A stretch of DNA of 64,000 nucleotides from an uncultured Alphaproteobacteria bacterium (GCA_944392205.1 CALXVV010000012.1:403-64402); one strand, 5' to 3'; shown: positions 28,181 through 37,147, counted from the stretch's first letter. A program made the numbers and translations. The notes: generated from the sequence alone by a model not told the origin.

Positions 28181-28733
28181 AGACGGCGCTTGGCAGGAGG
28201 CAATTAAAGGCATTAAGAAAATTCCGCAAAAAGAGGAAAAGCCACAGCCTCCGCTGATTGTTGGCAAAATCTCGCCAAAGCTCAATTATGCAGAGGTTTA
28301 TTCCGGCGCGCCGTTGCAGCCGCTTGCGCTTGGCAACACTGATAATATCGACCGCCGCACGGCAGAAAAATTTAAGCGCGGCGAGTTTGCCATTGAGCGG
28401 CGTTTGGACTTGCACGGCATGACTGAAAAAGAGGCTTTTGCCGCAGTCGATGAGTTTGTCCGCAAGGCTTATATGCAAAAATGCCGCTGTTTGCTGATTG
28501 TCACCGGCAAAGGTCTCAACCGTGAGGATGATGCCTGGTATGAGAAAAAAGGCATCCTCAAAGATTGTGTGCCCAATTGGCTCAACGGCCCGGAGCTAAG
28601 GCCACTTATCTTGAGTATTTGCTATGCCCAACCCGAAGACGGCGGCACCGGCGCCATCTATGTTCTTCTCCGCTCTAGGCGGACGCCGGTCAAGCGACCG
28701 GAGGCAGTGCGAACGCGCACCTCGATAACTTAG
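28143..28733 (+). CDS. Smr domain protein
   Basis: Smr motif LDLHGMTEKEA...LLIVTGKG...L...V..WL. The final ~17 codons (RTPVKRPEAVRTRTSIT) and the stop codon are encoded by the repeat cluster. Confidence 0.8.
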   Translation: MKRLDQDVAPVDEDGAWQEAIKGIKKIPQKEEKPQPPLIVGKISPKLNYAEVYSGAPLQPLALGNTDNIDRRTAEKFKRGEFAIERRLDLHGMTEKEAFAAVDEFVRKAYMQKCRCLLIVTGKGLNREDDAWYEKKGILKDCVPNWLNGPELRPLILSICYAQPEDGGTGAIYVLLRSRRTPVKRPEAVRTRTSIT

Positions 28734-28879
28734 CTGTAACTCGCCCGGCTCCCTTTGGTCGGCGCGCTAATCGGCAGTGCCCAGGCAACGGCCTGGAGCG
28801 ATTACCAAGCTGTAACCCGCGAGACTAAAAAGCCGCTCCTCACAACGCGGCTTTTTACGCCTTGCTGATTTTGGGTGCC
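28686..28879. repeat. Mosaic palindromic repeat cluster, copy B
   Basis: CCGGTCAAGCGACCGG, GTGCGAACGCGCAC, ACTTAGCTGTAACTCGC, CCAGGCAACGGCCTGG, CAAGCTGTAACCCGC, then the hairpin AAAAAGCCGCTCCTCACAACGCGGCTTTTT. Confidence 0.85.
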
Positions 28880-28915
28880 ATAATCAAATAATCTTTGCCT
28901 TTCTAAACAATTTAA

Positions 28916-28943
28916 TTGCATTTTAATTTTTCTGCTCTAATAT
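28916..28943 (+). promoter_or_regulatory. Predicted sigma70-type promoter of leader RNA copy B
   Basis: TTGCAT, 16-nt spacer, TAATAT, within the identical 42-nt block. Confidence 0.6.
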
Positions 28944-28949
28944 CATTTC

Positions 28950-29122
28950 CGCAGACGCGAGTTGCGTCTGTGGAGTATCGAAACTCCTTTACAGCGAAAT
29001 AACTCCTCTTTTGGGGAGCCGGGGATATAAGCGTACTTGTATTGGTATGACGAATAACCCGGACTGTGCTGTAACAGTTTCGAACTCCCCACCTTGATTT
29101 TTAATCAAGGTGGTTTTGTTTT
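28950..29122 (+). ncRNA. Structured leader RNA, copy B (~173 nt), ending in an intrinsic terminator
   Basis: P1 is 28951-28958/28964-28971. The long-range helix is 28990-28995/29068-29073. CCGGG (29019-29023) pairs with CCCGG (29058-29062). The terminator CCACCUUGAU/AUCAAGGUGG plus UUUUGUUUU is at 29089-29122. Helices covary with copies A and C. Confidence 0.65.
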
Positions 29123-29143
29123 AACAAAACCGGAGTGAGAAAA

Positions 29144-29365
29144 ATGACTGAAACTCAAACTTTTTACAATGACATTCCCTCTAACACCGACCTCACTCAC
29201 AAAAGACTACGCTACCTGATTTGCCAACTTTATCACTTAGAAGGACAATGGGAAAATTTGCCCCTCAAAACCCAGCACAAACTCTGGCGCGCCCTACAAA
29301 CTAAAACTCTGCAAAACATCTTGAGTGATATGCCTGATTTTTCTCATCCCTTCATCTTGCCCTAA
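29144..29365 (+). CDS. Small conserved protein (73 aa), paralog of 41679..41897, unknown function
   Basis: GGAG RBS 9 nt upstream. Codon-by-codon comparison with the paralog shows 11 third-position synonymous differences and no amino-acid change over 71 codons. Confidence 0.85.
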   Translation: MTETQTFYNDIPSNTDLTHKRLRYLICQLYHLEGQWENLPLKTQHKLWRALQTKTLQNILSDMPDFSHPFILP

Positions 29366-29374
29366 CCACTAGGC

Positions 29375-29407
29375 AAAGCCCCGCTTGTTTTTTTCAAGCG
29401 GGGCTTT
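29375..29407. terminator. Bidirectional terminator between the small ORF and the ABC exporter gene
   Basis: AAAGCCCCGCTTG-TTTTTTT-CAAGCGGGGCTTT. Confidence 0.85.
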
Positions 29408-29420
29408 TGATTGCTGCCTA

Positions 29421-31202
29421 TTACTTATTGTTTTTGAACTGGGCGTTATAAAGAGAGCGGTAGGCGCCGTTTTCTTTTTGCAGTAGTTTTTCGTGGCTGC
29501 CTTGCTCGATAATCTCTCCGTCGTTAATCACCACTATCTCATCAGCATTCTGAATGGTTGATAAGCGGTGCGCTATCACAAATACTGTTCTGTCTTGCAT
29601 CAGGTTATCTATGGCTTTTTGCACCACGGCCTCTGATTTGTTATCCAAAGCCGAGGTGGCCTCGTCCAAAATAACTATCGGCGCATTCTTAACAAAAGCT
29701 CTGGCAATGGCCAACCTCTGCCGCTGGCCGCCGGAGAGCAAACTGCCGCGCTCGCCGATATCCGTATCTAAGCCGTTTTCCTGCTCGTTTACAAACTCTT
29801 TGAGATATGCCATCTCCAGGGCTTTGTTTATCTCCGCCTCGCTGGCATCGGGCTTGCCCATGAGAATATTATCGCGAATAGTGCCGGAGAACAAAAAGTT
29901 GTCTTGGAACACAACCGCTATATTATTTCGCAAGCTCTCCAAAGTGAAATCTCTGATATCTTTGCCGTCTATCTCTATTTTGCCGGAGCAAACATCGTAA
30001 AAACGCGGCAACAGACTCACAACCGTGGATTTTCCGCCGCCGGAGTTGCCGACTATTGCCGTGGTGGTGCCGGCCTTTACACGCAAGTTTATGTGCTTTA
30101 GCACCGGGGTCTCCGGATTATAGGCAAAGCAGACATCTTCAAATCTAATCTCTCGCCCTATCCTTTTGAGCTCCGTTGCTTGTGGCGCATTGGTTATCTT
30201 GGGCTTGATGTTTAAGATATCGGCTATTCTCTCTATGGCCAAAAATGAAACCTGAACCGCACTGAAGTTCTTGCCGATATTTTTTATCGGATTATACAGC
30301 ATAATCAATGCCGTGATGAATGATACAAAGTTACCCGAAGTTATTTCTCCGTTGACAATCAAATAACTACCATAGCCAATCACACCGCCGATACCTATTG
30401 AGGCAACAACGTGCAGCATTGGAGTCATCCAAGCCGTGCGCTGAACCATTTTGATTGAGAGCTTGAACAACTTGGTGATGACTGAATCATATTTCTCATA
30501 GGCTTGTTTTTGCAAATTATACGAGGCTATTGTCTTATTGCCGTGGTAGGTTTCGTTATAATTGGTTAAAATCGTGGAATTTTCCTGCACGGTTTTATAG
30601 ATAATCCCCTTAATCATTCGGCGCAGACGAGCCAAGGGCATCAAAGCGCAGACCAAAACCAAAATCGCAATAATGGATAACTGCCAAGAATTATATATCA
30701 AAACCCCTATCAATGACAGAGAAGAAAACACTCTTGAGACAAACAAGCGAATATTGTCTATCAGCCCCGTGCAGGCTGTGTCGACATCTGCCGAAAAACG
30801 CTGAATGATATGCCCGGAATCGTGCTTGTCATAAAAAGCCGGCTCCAAAAACAAAAGCTTCTTAAACAAGGCTCTTTTGACATCAGTGGTGATCTTGCCG
30901 CCCACCCACGCATTCAAGTATGTGGCGGCATAGTTAAAGCCTCCCTGCACCAGAGTAAATGCCACAATCAGCAACGGAATATAGGCCGGCGAATGCGCAC
31001 TCTTGTCGACCAAAACAACATCCATATAGGGTTTGAGTGCCAAAGCAACAACAGCGTCCAAAGCGCCAATCGGGATACACAACGCAATCGCCAAAAATGC
31101 CCTAAACATATAGGGTTTTACAAACGGCCACATAATCTTGTAGTGGTCCATAAACGGCAGTTTGGGAGATTCTTTTATCTTTTTCTCTTTTTGATTTGAC
31201 AT
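29421..31202 (-). CDS. ABC transporter permease/ATP-binding protein (MsbA/exporter type)
   Basis: Six-helix N-terminal transmembrane domain. Walker A GNSGGGKST, signature LSGGQRQR, Walker B ILDEATSALD. Confidence 0.9.
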   Translation of the reverse strand: MSNQKEKKIKESPKLPFMDHYKIMWPFVKPYMFRAFLAIALCIPIGALDAVVALALKPYMDVVLVDKSAHSPAYIPLLIVAFTLVQGGFNYAATYLNAWVGGKITTDVKRALFKKLLFLEPAFYDKHDSGHIIQRFSADVDTACTGLIDNIRLFVSRVFSSLSLIGVLIYNSWQLSIIAILVLVCALMPLARLRRMIKGIIYKTVQENSTILTNYNETYHGNKTIASYNLQKQAYEKYDSVITKLFKLSIKMVQRTAWMTPMLHVVASIGIGGVIGYGSYLIVNGEITSGNFVSFITALIMLYNPIKNIGKNFSAVQVSFLAIERIADILNIKPKITNAPQATELKRIGREIRFEDVCFAYNPETPVLKHINLRVKAGTTTAIVGNSGGGKSTVVSLLPRFYDVCSGKIEIDGKDIRDFTLESLRNNIAVVFQDNFLFSGTIRDNILMGKPDASEAEINKALEMAYLKEFVNEQENGLDTDIGERGSLLSGGQRQRLAIARAFVKNAPIVILDEATSALDNKSEAVVQKAIDNLMQDRTVFVIAHRLSTIQNADEIVVINDGEIIEQGSHEKLLQKENGAYRSLYNAQFKNNK

Positions 31203-31210
31203 CTAGCGTC

Positions 31211-31648
31211 CTACAATAAATTTAAAAATTTCAAAATTGCATATACAGCGGCAAATTCCATCACTATCATCAGCTTATACATGGCTTGAAAGCTCTTCTT
31301 AGAAGTTTTGTGATGAAAAACTTTTTGCCCCAGCCAGGCGCCAATCCAGCCGCCTAAGAACTCCATCAGGTGCAGGTCATTTTCCCGCACACGCCAAGCT
31401 CCCCTCACCGCGGCGCGCTTATCCACACCATAGGCAATGAAGGTGGTGATGTTGGCAAATATTACCTGAAAAACCACAAACAGCAAAAATGTTTTGGGGT
31501 TAAATGCCGGAGCCGTAAAACAATAGGTTTCCAAAAACCAGGCCGCACCGATTATCATGGCGCTGTTTAACAAAAAAAATCGATTGCGGCGCAGCGGATA
31601 AATAACGGCGGCAAGGCCGAAAAGTATGGCGGTAAAAGTGATAACCAT
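31211..31648 (-). CDS. DUF1294 family membrane protein
   Basis: YGVDKRAA..GAWRV.E..LH..E..GGW.GA...Q..F.HKT.K..F is the signature pattern of DUF1294. Confidence 0.75.
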   Translation of the reverse strand: MVITFTAILFGLAAVIYPLRRNRFFLLNSAMIIGAAWFLETYCFTAPAFNPKTFLLFVVFQVIFANITTFIAYGVDKRAAVRGAWRVRENDLHLMEFLGGWIGAWLGQKVFHHKTSKKSFQAMYKLMIVMEFAAVYAILKFLNLL

Positions 31649-31805
31649 AAAATCTTATTACTTTCATCTTTATCTCAACTTGTCGCAGTGTAGTATAATT
31701 TATTTTAAATTGCAAATAGTGAATAAGTAAAAAAATATTATGTGAATTTTAAAAATTACCTTTATAATCATTTTAAGCTTTGAATTTTTGAAGAGGGTGT
31801 TTTTG

Positions 31806-32432
31806 ATGAAAAAAACAATCAGTTTAGTTTCCGGATTGCTTCTTCTGTCCGCTTGTGCCTCCACTGAGGATACCACCTTGAATGAGATTATTTTTGATGA
31901 CGGAGAATTGGTGGAAGTCCGCGAAGCCGTTGTATCTAAAGAGGCTCCGGTTAAAGAAGTTTCCGTGCCGCAGTCTGATTTTATGATTGTCTCTGAAGAA
32001 CCAATGACCTTTCAGCTTCCGACCAGAGCCGAACGCTATGAGGCGAACGCCCCAACCGCCGAGGTTTATGCTATTCCGGCCGCCAGAGCTACTAACAAAA
32101 TGCTTGATGAAACCAGAGAATTTTATGAACACAACGGTGATACATTCCTCTTTATCACCGATATCAAAAAAGGTGACCGCAAGCTCCCGGACGGTGTCTA
32201 CAATGCCGAAATGACTACCCGCAAAATCATCGAGGGCTCTAAAACCTTTAAGGTTGTCAATGACAAGGCTGAGGCTGACTATATCTTGGAGACAATCATT
32301 GATAATGCCGGCACGCCCGAGGATCCGATTTTGGTTTATCGGATGATTTTGCTTGATACCGAAAACAATAAAATCAATGAATGGACGGAGACGCTCCGCC
32401 GTCTTCAGAACGATGACCGCAGCTGGTGGTAA
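31806..32432 (+). CDS. Lipoprotein, possibly LpoB-fold
   Basis: The ATG at 31806 gives MKKTISLVSGLLLLSACAS (lipobox LSAC). The C-terminal pattern (ADYILETIID...YRMILLD...NEW) is reminiscent of the LpoB/CsgG-like fold. This call is weak. Confidence 0.65.
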   Translation: MKKTISLVSGLLLLSACASTEDTTLNEIIFDDGELVEVREAVVSKEAPVKEVSVPQSDFMIVSEEPMTFQLPTRAERYEANAPTAEVYAIPAARATNKMLDETREFYEHNGDTFLFITDIKKGDRKLPDGVYNAEMTTRKIIEGSKTFKVVNDKAEADYILETIIDNAGTPEDPILVYRMILLDTENNKINEWTETLRRLQNDDRSWW

Positions 32433-33448
32433 TGCGCAAAATATTACTCACATATCTTTTGCTTTTTTATGCCGCTCCCCTCTTGGCCGCCGAGGTCAAT
32501 GATGAGGAGGAGGGTGTAAAGTCTGTTTATGCCACCGTATGTGAAAATCTGCGCAACGGCGAACCAAAGTCTTCTGCCAGAATGCGTGCAACAGATAAGG
32601 CCAGTTTCAAAGCCTTGGAGAACTTGAGCGACCTCAGCGACTACCGCGATAAATATGATGCCCATGATTATAATGTCTTGGTTTATAATCTGGTGGATAA
32701 TTATTTAGAAGACCTGGCGGTGCGCACGCTGGAGCAAGACAACGAAAAAATTTGTGTCGAGGTTACCGGATATTTGAGCACCCAAAATATTGCCAGAGCC
32801 GTTTCTGAGCTTTCGGCCAAGCAGGAAGCAAAGTACCCGGACCAACTGGTGGTGGAGCAAGCTGCTTTGACAGAGCCTTCGCCAACTGCATTACCTCCTA
32901 AGCCGGAGCTCAAAATCAGCGATGATATTGCGGTTGAAAAAATCTTGGAAGAAGAAAAAACTTTGCCGCAAAAACAAATCGCCTCAGATCCCATAAGCCA
33001 AGCCAGAGCCGCCGTGGATGACGGCAAAACCAAAGTCTTTATTGAGCAAACAAAATTCTATAATGATACGGCGACCAATGCTTTTCATTCCATCTTAGCG
33101 CAGGCCTTGCAAGAAAACCAGGTTCTTGCTATCACCAACAGCCTCAGTAATGCTGATTATGTTGTTAAAACAAAAGTTTTGAGGGCAAAAGTTGACCCGC
33201 TCAACTCTCAGACAAACCGCTTGCAGATGGTGGTTTCCATAGAACTCATCAATACGGCTGATTCATCTTCCATCACCGAGCATCAGAATCGGTTTATCCT
33301 TTTTGAAGCTTCTGAAAACGAGCAAACCGTGGCTGCATCTTTGCTTAAAAAACTTTTGCGCAAGGCCGGACAGCAAATTGCGCCAAAAGTCAAGCCTAAA
33401 GCCAATGTTCAGGCAACAAACTCTATCATTACGCCGCCTAAAAATTAG
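32432..33448 (+). CDS. Secreted protein, unknown function (C-terminal region with the same ADY..K...L...LIN pattern as the upstream lipoprotein)
   Basis: The ATG at 32432 overlaps the upstream TAA by 1 nt. Signal peptide MRKILLTYLLLFYAAPLLAAEV. Confidence 0.65.
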   Translation: MRKILLTYLLLFYAAPLLAAEVNDEEEGVKSVYATVCENLRNGEPKSSARMRATDKASFKALENLSDLSDYRDKYDAHDYNVLVYNLVDNYLEDLAVRTLEQDNEKICVEVTGYLSTQNIARAVSELSAKQEAKYPDQLVVEQAALTEPSPTALPPKPELKISDDIAVEKILEEEKTLPQKQIASDPISQARAAVDDGKTKVFIEQTKFYNDTATNAFHSILAQALQENQVLAITNSLSNADYVVKTKVLRAKVDPLNSQTNRLQMVVSIELINTADSSSITEHQNRFILFEASENEQTVAASLLKKLLRKAGQQIAPKVKPKANVQATNSIITPPKN

Positions 33449-34224
33449 GCTTCTTCTTCATCTGCAATCCAGCTCTCGTGTTGCTTGATGTTGCGGACAA
33501 TCACGCTTAAATTATAAAGCCTGTCTTTGCCGGTGGAGCGCCAATAAGCCTCTATCTTGTTTTCTATGTTGGACTGCATCTTGAGGCAGGAAATATCATC
33601 AAAATTTACATAAAGTACGATTTCCAACTCAGCGAAATCTCTGTCGTCATATAAATTATATTCGTAAGCGCAAAGGTAATCTGCCGAATGCTCAAGCACC
33701 AGTTTTTGGATATCTTTGAACTGGGCTTGACAATTGGCTTCCTCATAAAGGGCGGCAAACTCAAATAAAAGCTCATCTCCTTCTGAGGCTTCCGGGAAAG
33801 CCTCAAGCCTTTTCAGCAAGCCGATGTTGCCGGTCATAACCGCGAATTTTGCTAGAACAGAGTAAAAATCATCGATATTTTCTCTTAAATGCTCAAATCT
33901 GGGCTTGAGCAAAATGGTGGCCATATCTATTAACCCAAGGCTCAGGAGGTTTTCGGTATAAACAAGCTCAAAAAACGGTGGCAAAGCCCCGCCAATCTCC
34001 CAAATCTTATAGGCCAGCTCTTTGGCCTTGCTCCGATTTCCCTGCATAATGCATGCAAACATCAGGCTTATCAGCCCGCAGATATCTGCAGGGTGTTTTT
34101 GCAACTCTGCCATAATTTTTTGTTCAACAGTCTTAATTTCTGCCGTGCGGCTAAATGGCAACGCAAATAATTCATAAAGCAAATCTTCAAAAACTTGAGG
34201 CTCTGGTGCCATAGTGTTTTCCAT
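33445..34224 (-). CDS. Hypothetical cytoplasmic helical protein
   Basis: 259-aa ORF packed tightly between dtd and the convergent secreted-protein gene. No family recognised. Confidence 0.6.
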   Translation of the reverse strand: MENTMAPEPQVFEDLLYELFALPFSRTAEIKTVEQKIMAELQKHPADICGLISLMFACIMQGNRSKAKELAYKIWEIGGALPPFFELVYTENLLSLGLIDMATILLKPRFEHLRENIDDFYSVLAKFAVMTGNIGLLKRLEAFPEASEGDELLFEFAALYEEANCQAQFKDIQKLVLEHSADYLCAYEYNLYDDRDFAELEIVLYVNFDDISCLKMQSNIENKIEAYWRSTGKDRLYNLSVIVRNIKQHESWIADEEEA

Positions 34225-34226
34225 TT

Positions 34227-34679
34227 TTACCTCCCTTGATTTTTTCTTTCCAACATAAATGTTACAGGGCCGTCGTTTATGAGGGATACCTGCATATCGG
34301 CCTGGAATATGCCTCTTTTAACTTTCAATCCTTGTTTTTCCACATTCTCACAAAACAACTCGTATAGCTTATTGGCTTCTTCCGGTTTGGCGGCGGTTTC
34401 AAATCCGGGGCGGTTGCCGCGGCTGGTGTCGCCGGCCAAGGTAAACTGAGAGACTATCAAGGCCTCGCCTTTTATATCTTTGACCGACAAATTCATTTTG
34501 CCGGCGGAATCTTCAAAAATCCTTAAATCTGCCGCTTTGCGCGCCAAATATTCTCCCTCACTTGAGGTATCTCCTTTCTCCACGCCCAGCAATATCAGCA
34601 AACCTTGGCCGATAGATGAGACTTCTTTTCCCTCAACCGTGACAGATGCATTTTTTACTCTTTGCAATAATGCTTTCAT
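34227..34679 (-). CDS. dtd: D-aminoacyl-tRNA deacylase
   Basis: MKALLQRV..A.V.V......IG.GLL.LLGV ... SQFTL ... G.RP.F is classic Dtd. I place the start at MKALLQRV (34679), not the track's 34706. Confidence 0.9.
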   Translation of the reverse strand: MKALLQRVKNASVTVEGKEVSSIGQGLLILLGVEKGDTSSEGEYLARKAADLRIFEDSAGKMNLSVKDIKGEALIVSQFTLAGDTSRGNRPGFETAAKPEEANKLYELFCENVEKQGLKVKRGIFQADMQVSLINDGPVTFMLERKNQGR

Positions 34680-34692
34680 CTCTTTTCCCATC

Positions 34693-35919
34693 TTAATAAA
34701 AAACATATGATAAGGCTATGGCCGCTACAATCCCCGCCAAATCCGACAACAGCGCGCAAGGAAGCGCCGCTCCGACTTTGGAGATGTTGACTGCACCGAA
34801 ATACACCGCCAAAACATAGAATGTTGTCTCGGTTGAGCCCTGAACAACCGAAGCCACAAAACCTTGAAAGCTATCAGCTCCATAAGTTTGAAGTGTTTCT
34901 ATCATCATGGCACGGGCGCCACTGCCGGAAAGAGGCTTCATAATTGCCGTGGGCAGAGCGGCAACAAAATCGGTATCAAAACCAAGCACCCTAAAAACAT
35001 ATTCAAACCCTGCGACAATCCAATCCAGTCCGCCGGAAGCCCTGAAAACCGCAATACCGACCAGCATGGCCACCAAATAAGGAATAATTGTCACCGCAAT
35101 TGAAAATCCCTCTTTGGCACCTTCTATGAATGTATCATAAACATTAACCTTACGGATTAACCCACTTAAGATAAAGCCAGTTACCACCGCAAACAATATA
35201 AAATTGCCCATGGCAGCCGTGGCCGTTAGCCTGCTTTCTGCCGGAAGAGAGGCAAAATACCATCCGAGCCCGCCGATTAAGAGCGCAAAACCCAGTATAT
35301 AGCCCAAAACAACTTTGTTGAAGATATTTAGCTTTTGCACCCAAGCCACACTCAAAAAACCCGTCAATGTCGAAACTGAAGTGGCCAACAAAATCGGGAT
35401 AAACACCGCTGCCGGATTGATTGAGCCCAACTCTGCCCGATACATCAGGATTGTGATGGGAATGATTGTTACTGCCGAGGCATTAATAACCATAAACAAA
35501 ATTTGCGCATTAGAGGCTCTGTCTTTGTGTGGGTTTAGCTCCTGGAGCTGCTCCATGGCTTTTAATCCCATAGGGGTGGCGGCATTATCCAGCCCCAGCA
35601 TATTGGCGGCAATATTCATCACCATTGACCCAAGTGCCGGGCTCTCAGCCGGGACTTCGGGCATAATCTTTCTAAATAACGGGCGCAGCAGACGAGCCAA
35701 AAATTCCGTAATCCCCGCGGCCTGAGCTATTTTTAACAGTCCCAGCCACAGGCACAAAATGCCGGTCAAGTTCAAGCTGATGGAAAACGCTGTTTTGGCA
35801 GAGGCAAAAGTGGCTCCCACCAGCCTATTCCATACATCCAAATCTCCGCCCAAAAGGCTTTGGCTTGCCGCAAAAACAAACGCCAAGATAAAAAATCCGG
35901 CCCAGATAAGGTTTAGCAT
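34693..35919 (-). CDS. Nucleoside-recognition domain membrane protein (fused SpmA/SpmB-like)
   Basis: 408 aa and polytopic, with two Gate/nucleoside-recognition-like halves (LLRPLFRKIMPEVP...; GFSIAVTIIPYLVAML...). Confidence 0.75.
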   Translation of the reverse strand: MLNLIWAGFFILAFVFAASQSLLGGDLDVWNRLVGATFASAKTAFSISLNLTGILCLWLGLLKIAQAAGITEFLARLLRPLFRKIMPEVPAESPALGSMVMNIAANMLGLDNAATPMGLKAMEQLQELNPHKDRASNAQILFMVINASAVTIIPITILMYRAELGSINPAAVFIPILLATSVSTLTGFLSVAWVQKLNIFNKVVLGYILGFALLIGGLGWYFASLPAESRLTATAAMGNFILFAVVTGFILSGLIRKVNVYDTFIEGAKEGFSIAVTIIPYLVAMLVGIAVFRASGGLDWIVAGFEYVFRVLGFDTDFVAALPTAIMKPLSGSGARAMMIETLQTYGADSFQGFVASVVQGSTETTFYVLAVYFGAVNISKVGAALPCALLSDLAGIVAAIALSYVFY

Positions 35920-35965
35920 ATTTCTTCTCCTTTTCTCACTCTAGGCCAAAAAGATAAAAATATAA

Positions 35966-37114
35966 TTAAGCCTTTTTTATTCGGTGGCGCAAATAAAATG
36001 TATACACCAGCAAAGCGGCCAGAATTATCAGCGAGGAACAAAGGAACATCTTTGAGTAGCCAACCAGTTCCGCCAAAGCGCCCAAAGTCAAGGCGCCCAA
36101 GCCGTTGCCCAAGTCTATGCCGCTGTAGAAAGTTGCATTGGCGGCGCCTAAGCGGGTTGGCCTGACACCTTTGACAACCATGGTCTGCAATGTCATCTGC
36201 GCGGCACCAAAACCAAGACCAAAAACAGCGGCTGCCACCAAAAGTATTTCTAAACTCCGGGCCTGCGATATCAGCAATAAAGATATCATCAGTGCAAAAA
36301 AGCCTGGTATCAGAACAACACTATAACCGCGACGATCAACCACTTTGCCGATGATAAGACGGCTGAAAAAGATGGCAGCGGCATAGCATGTGAAAAACCA
36401 ACCGATATCTTCTATTTGCTCAGAGGCGGCGTATAGTGGCAAAAAGCTTGCTATGCCGCTGAATGTGACAGAAATGCAAAAAACTAAAAATGTCGGCCCA
36501 AATGCCGAATGCTCATAGAGCCCTTCTTGAATGGAAACTGCTTTGGGCTTGTATGCCTTGTATTTGATGACCAGCGCCAGCAAAATACTTGCAATCACCA
36601 AAACTCCGGCAAACTTGAAAGTATCTGAAAAACCGTATAAATGCGCAATATACAACCCTGCCGCCGGAGCTATCGCCATTGATAAGCTGTTGGAGAGGGC
36701 AAAGTACCCTATCCCCTCGCCCAGGCGTTCTTTGGGCAGCAAATCTGCCGCAATGGTGGCGTTTGAGGTGCCGGCAATGCCCCAGCCAATACCGTGGACA
36801 AGCCTAATTGCCGCAATCAGCGCCAAAACTCGCACCAAAGAATAGGAGAAAGCGCCAAGGCACAAAACCACCAGTCCCAGCAGGAATACTTTGCGGCGGC
36901 CAAACTTGTCCAGTGCAAAACCGGCAAACGGCCGGCTTATCAGCGAGGTGACCGTAAACACGCCCATAATCAGCCCCACAACCGAGTCACTACCGCCAAG
37001 CTCATGAATATAAAGCGGCAGAGTGGGAAATATCATCTGAAAGCTGAAAAATATAAAAAAATTTATCAGCATAACCGAGATAAAACTATGGGTAAAAATC
37101 GGCCGCTCTCTCAT
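35966..37114 (-). CDS. MFS transporter
   Basis: 12 predicted helices and the MFS loop motif (GFALDKFGRRKV). Confidence 0.85.
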   Translation of the reverse strand: MRERPIFTHSFISVMLINFFIFFSFQMIFPTLPLYIHELGGSDSVVGLIMGVFTVTSLISRPFAGFALDKFGRRKVFLLGLVVLCLGAFSYSLVRVLALIAAIRLVHGIGWGIAGTSNATIAADLLPKERLGEGIGYFALSNSLSMAIAPAAGLYIAHLYGFSDTFKFAGVLVIASILLALVIKYKAYKPKAVSIQEGLYEHSAFGPTFLVFCISVTFSGIASFLPLYAASEQIEDIGWFFTCYAAAIFFSRLIIGKVVDRRGYSVVLIPGFFALMISLLLISQARSLEILLVAAAVFGLGFGAAQMTLQTMVVKGVRPTRLGAANATFYSGIDLGNGLGALTLGALAELVGYSKMFLCSSLIILAALLVYTFYLRHRIKKA

Positions 37115-37147
37115 CTTTCCTCCTATATAAATTGGCTTTTGTCCTAT

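Noticed and set aside
28950-29122. I tried to assign the leader RNA to a known class: c-di-GMP-I/II, ZTP, yybP-ykoY, cobalamin, SAM-II, guanidine, two-piece tmRNA, 6S, or group II intron domain 5.
   Set aside because: None of the consensus cores I remember fits the conserved blocks, and the downstream genes do not match the usual regulons. Without a cmscan I cannot make or fully exclude an assignment, so it is reported as unclassified.
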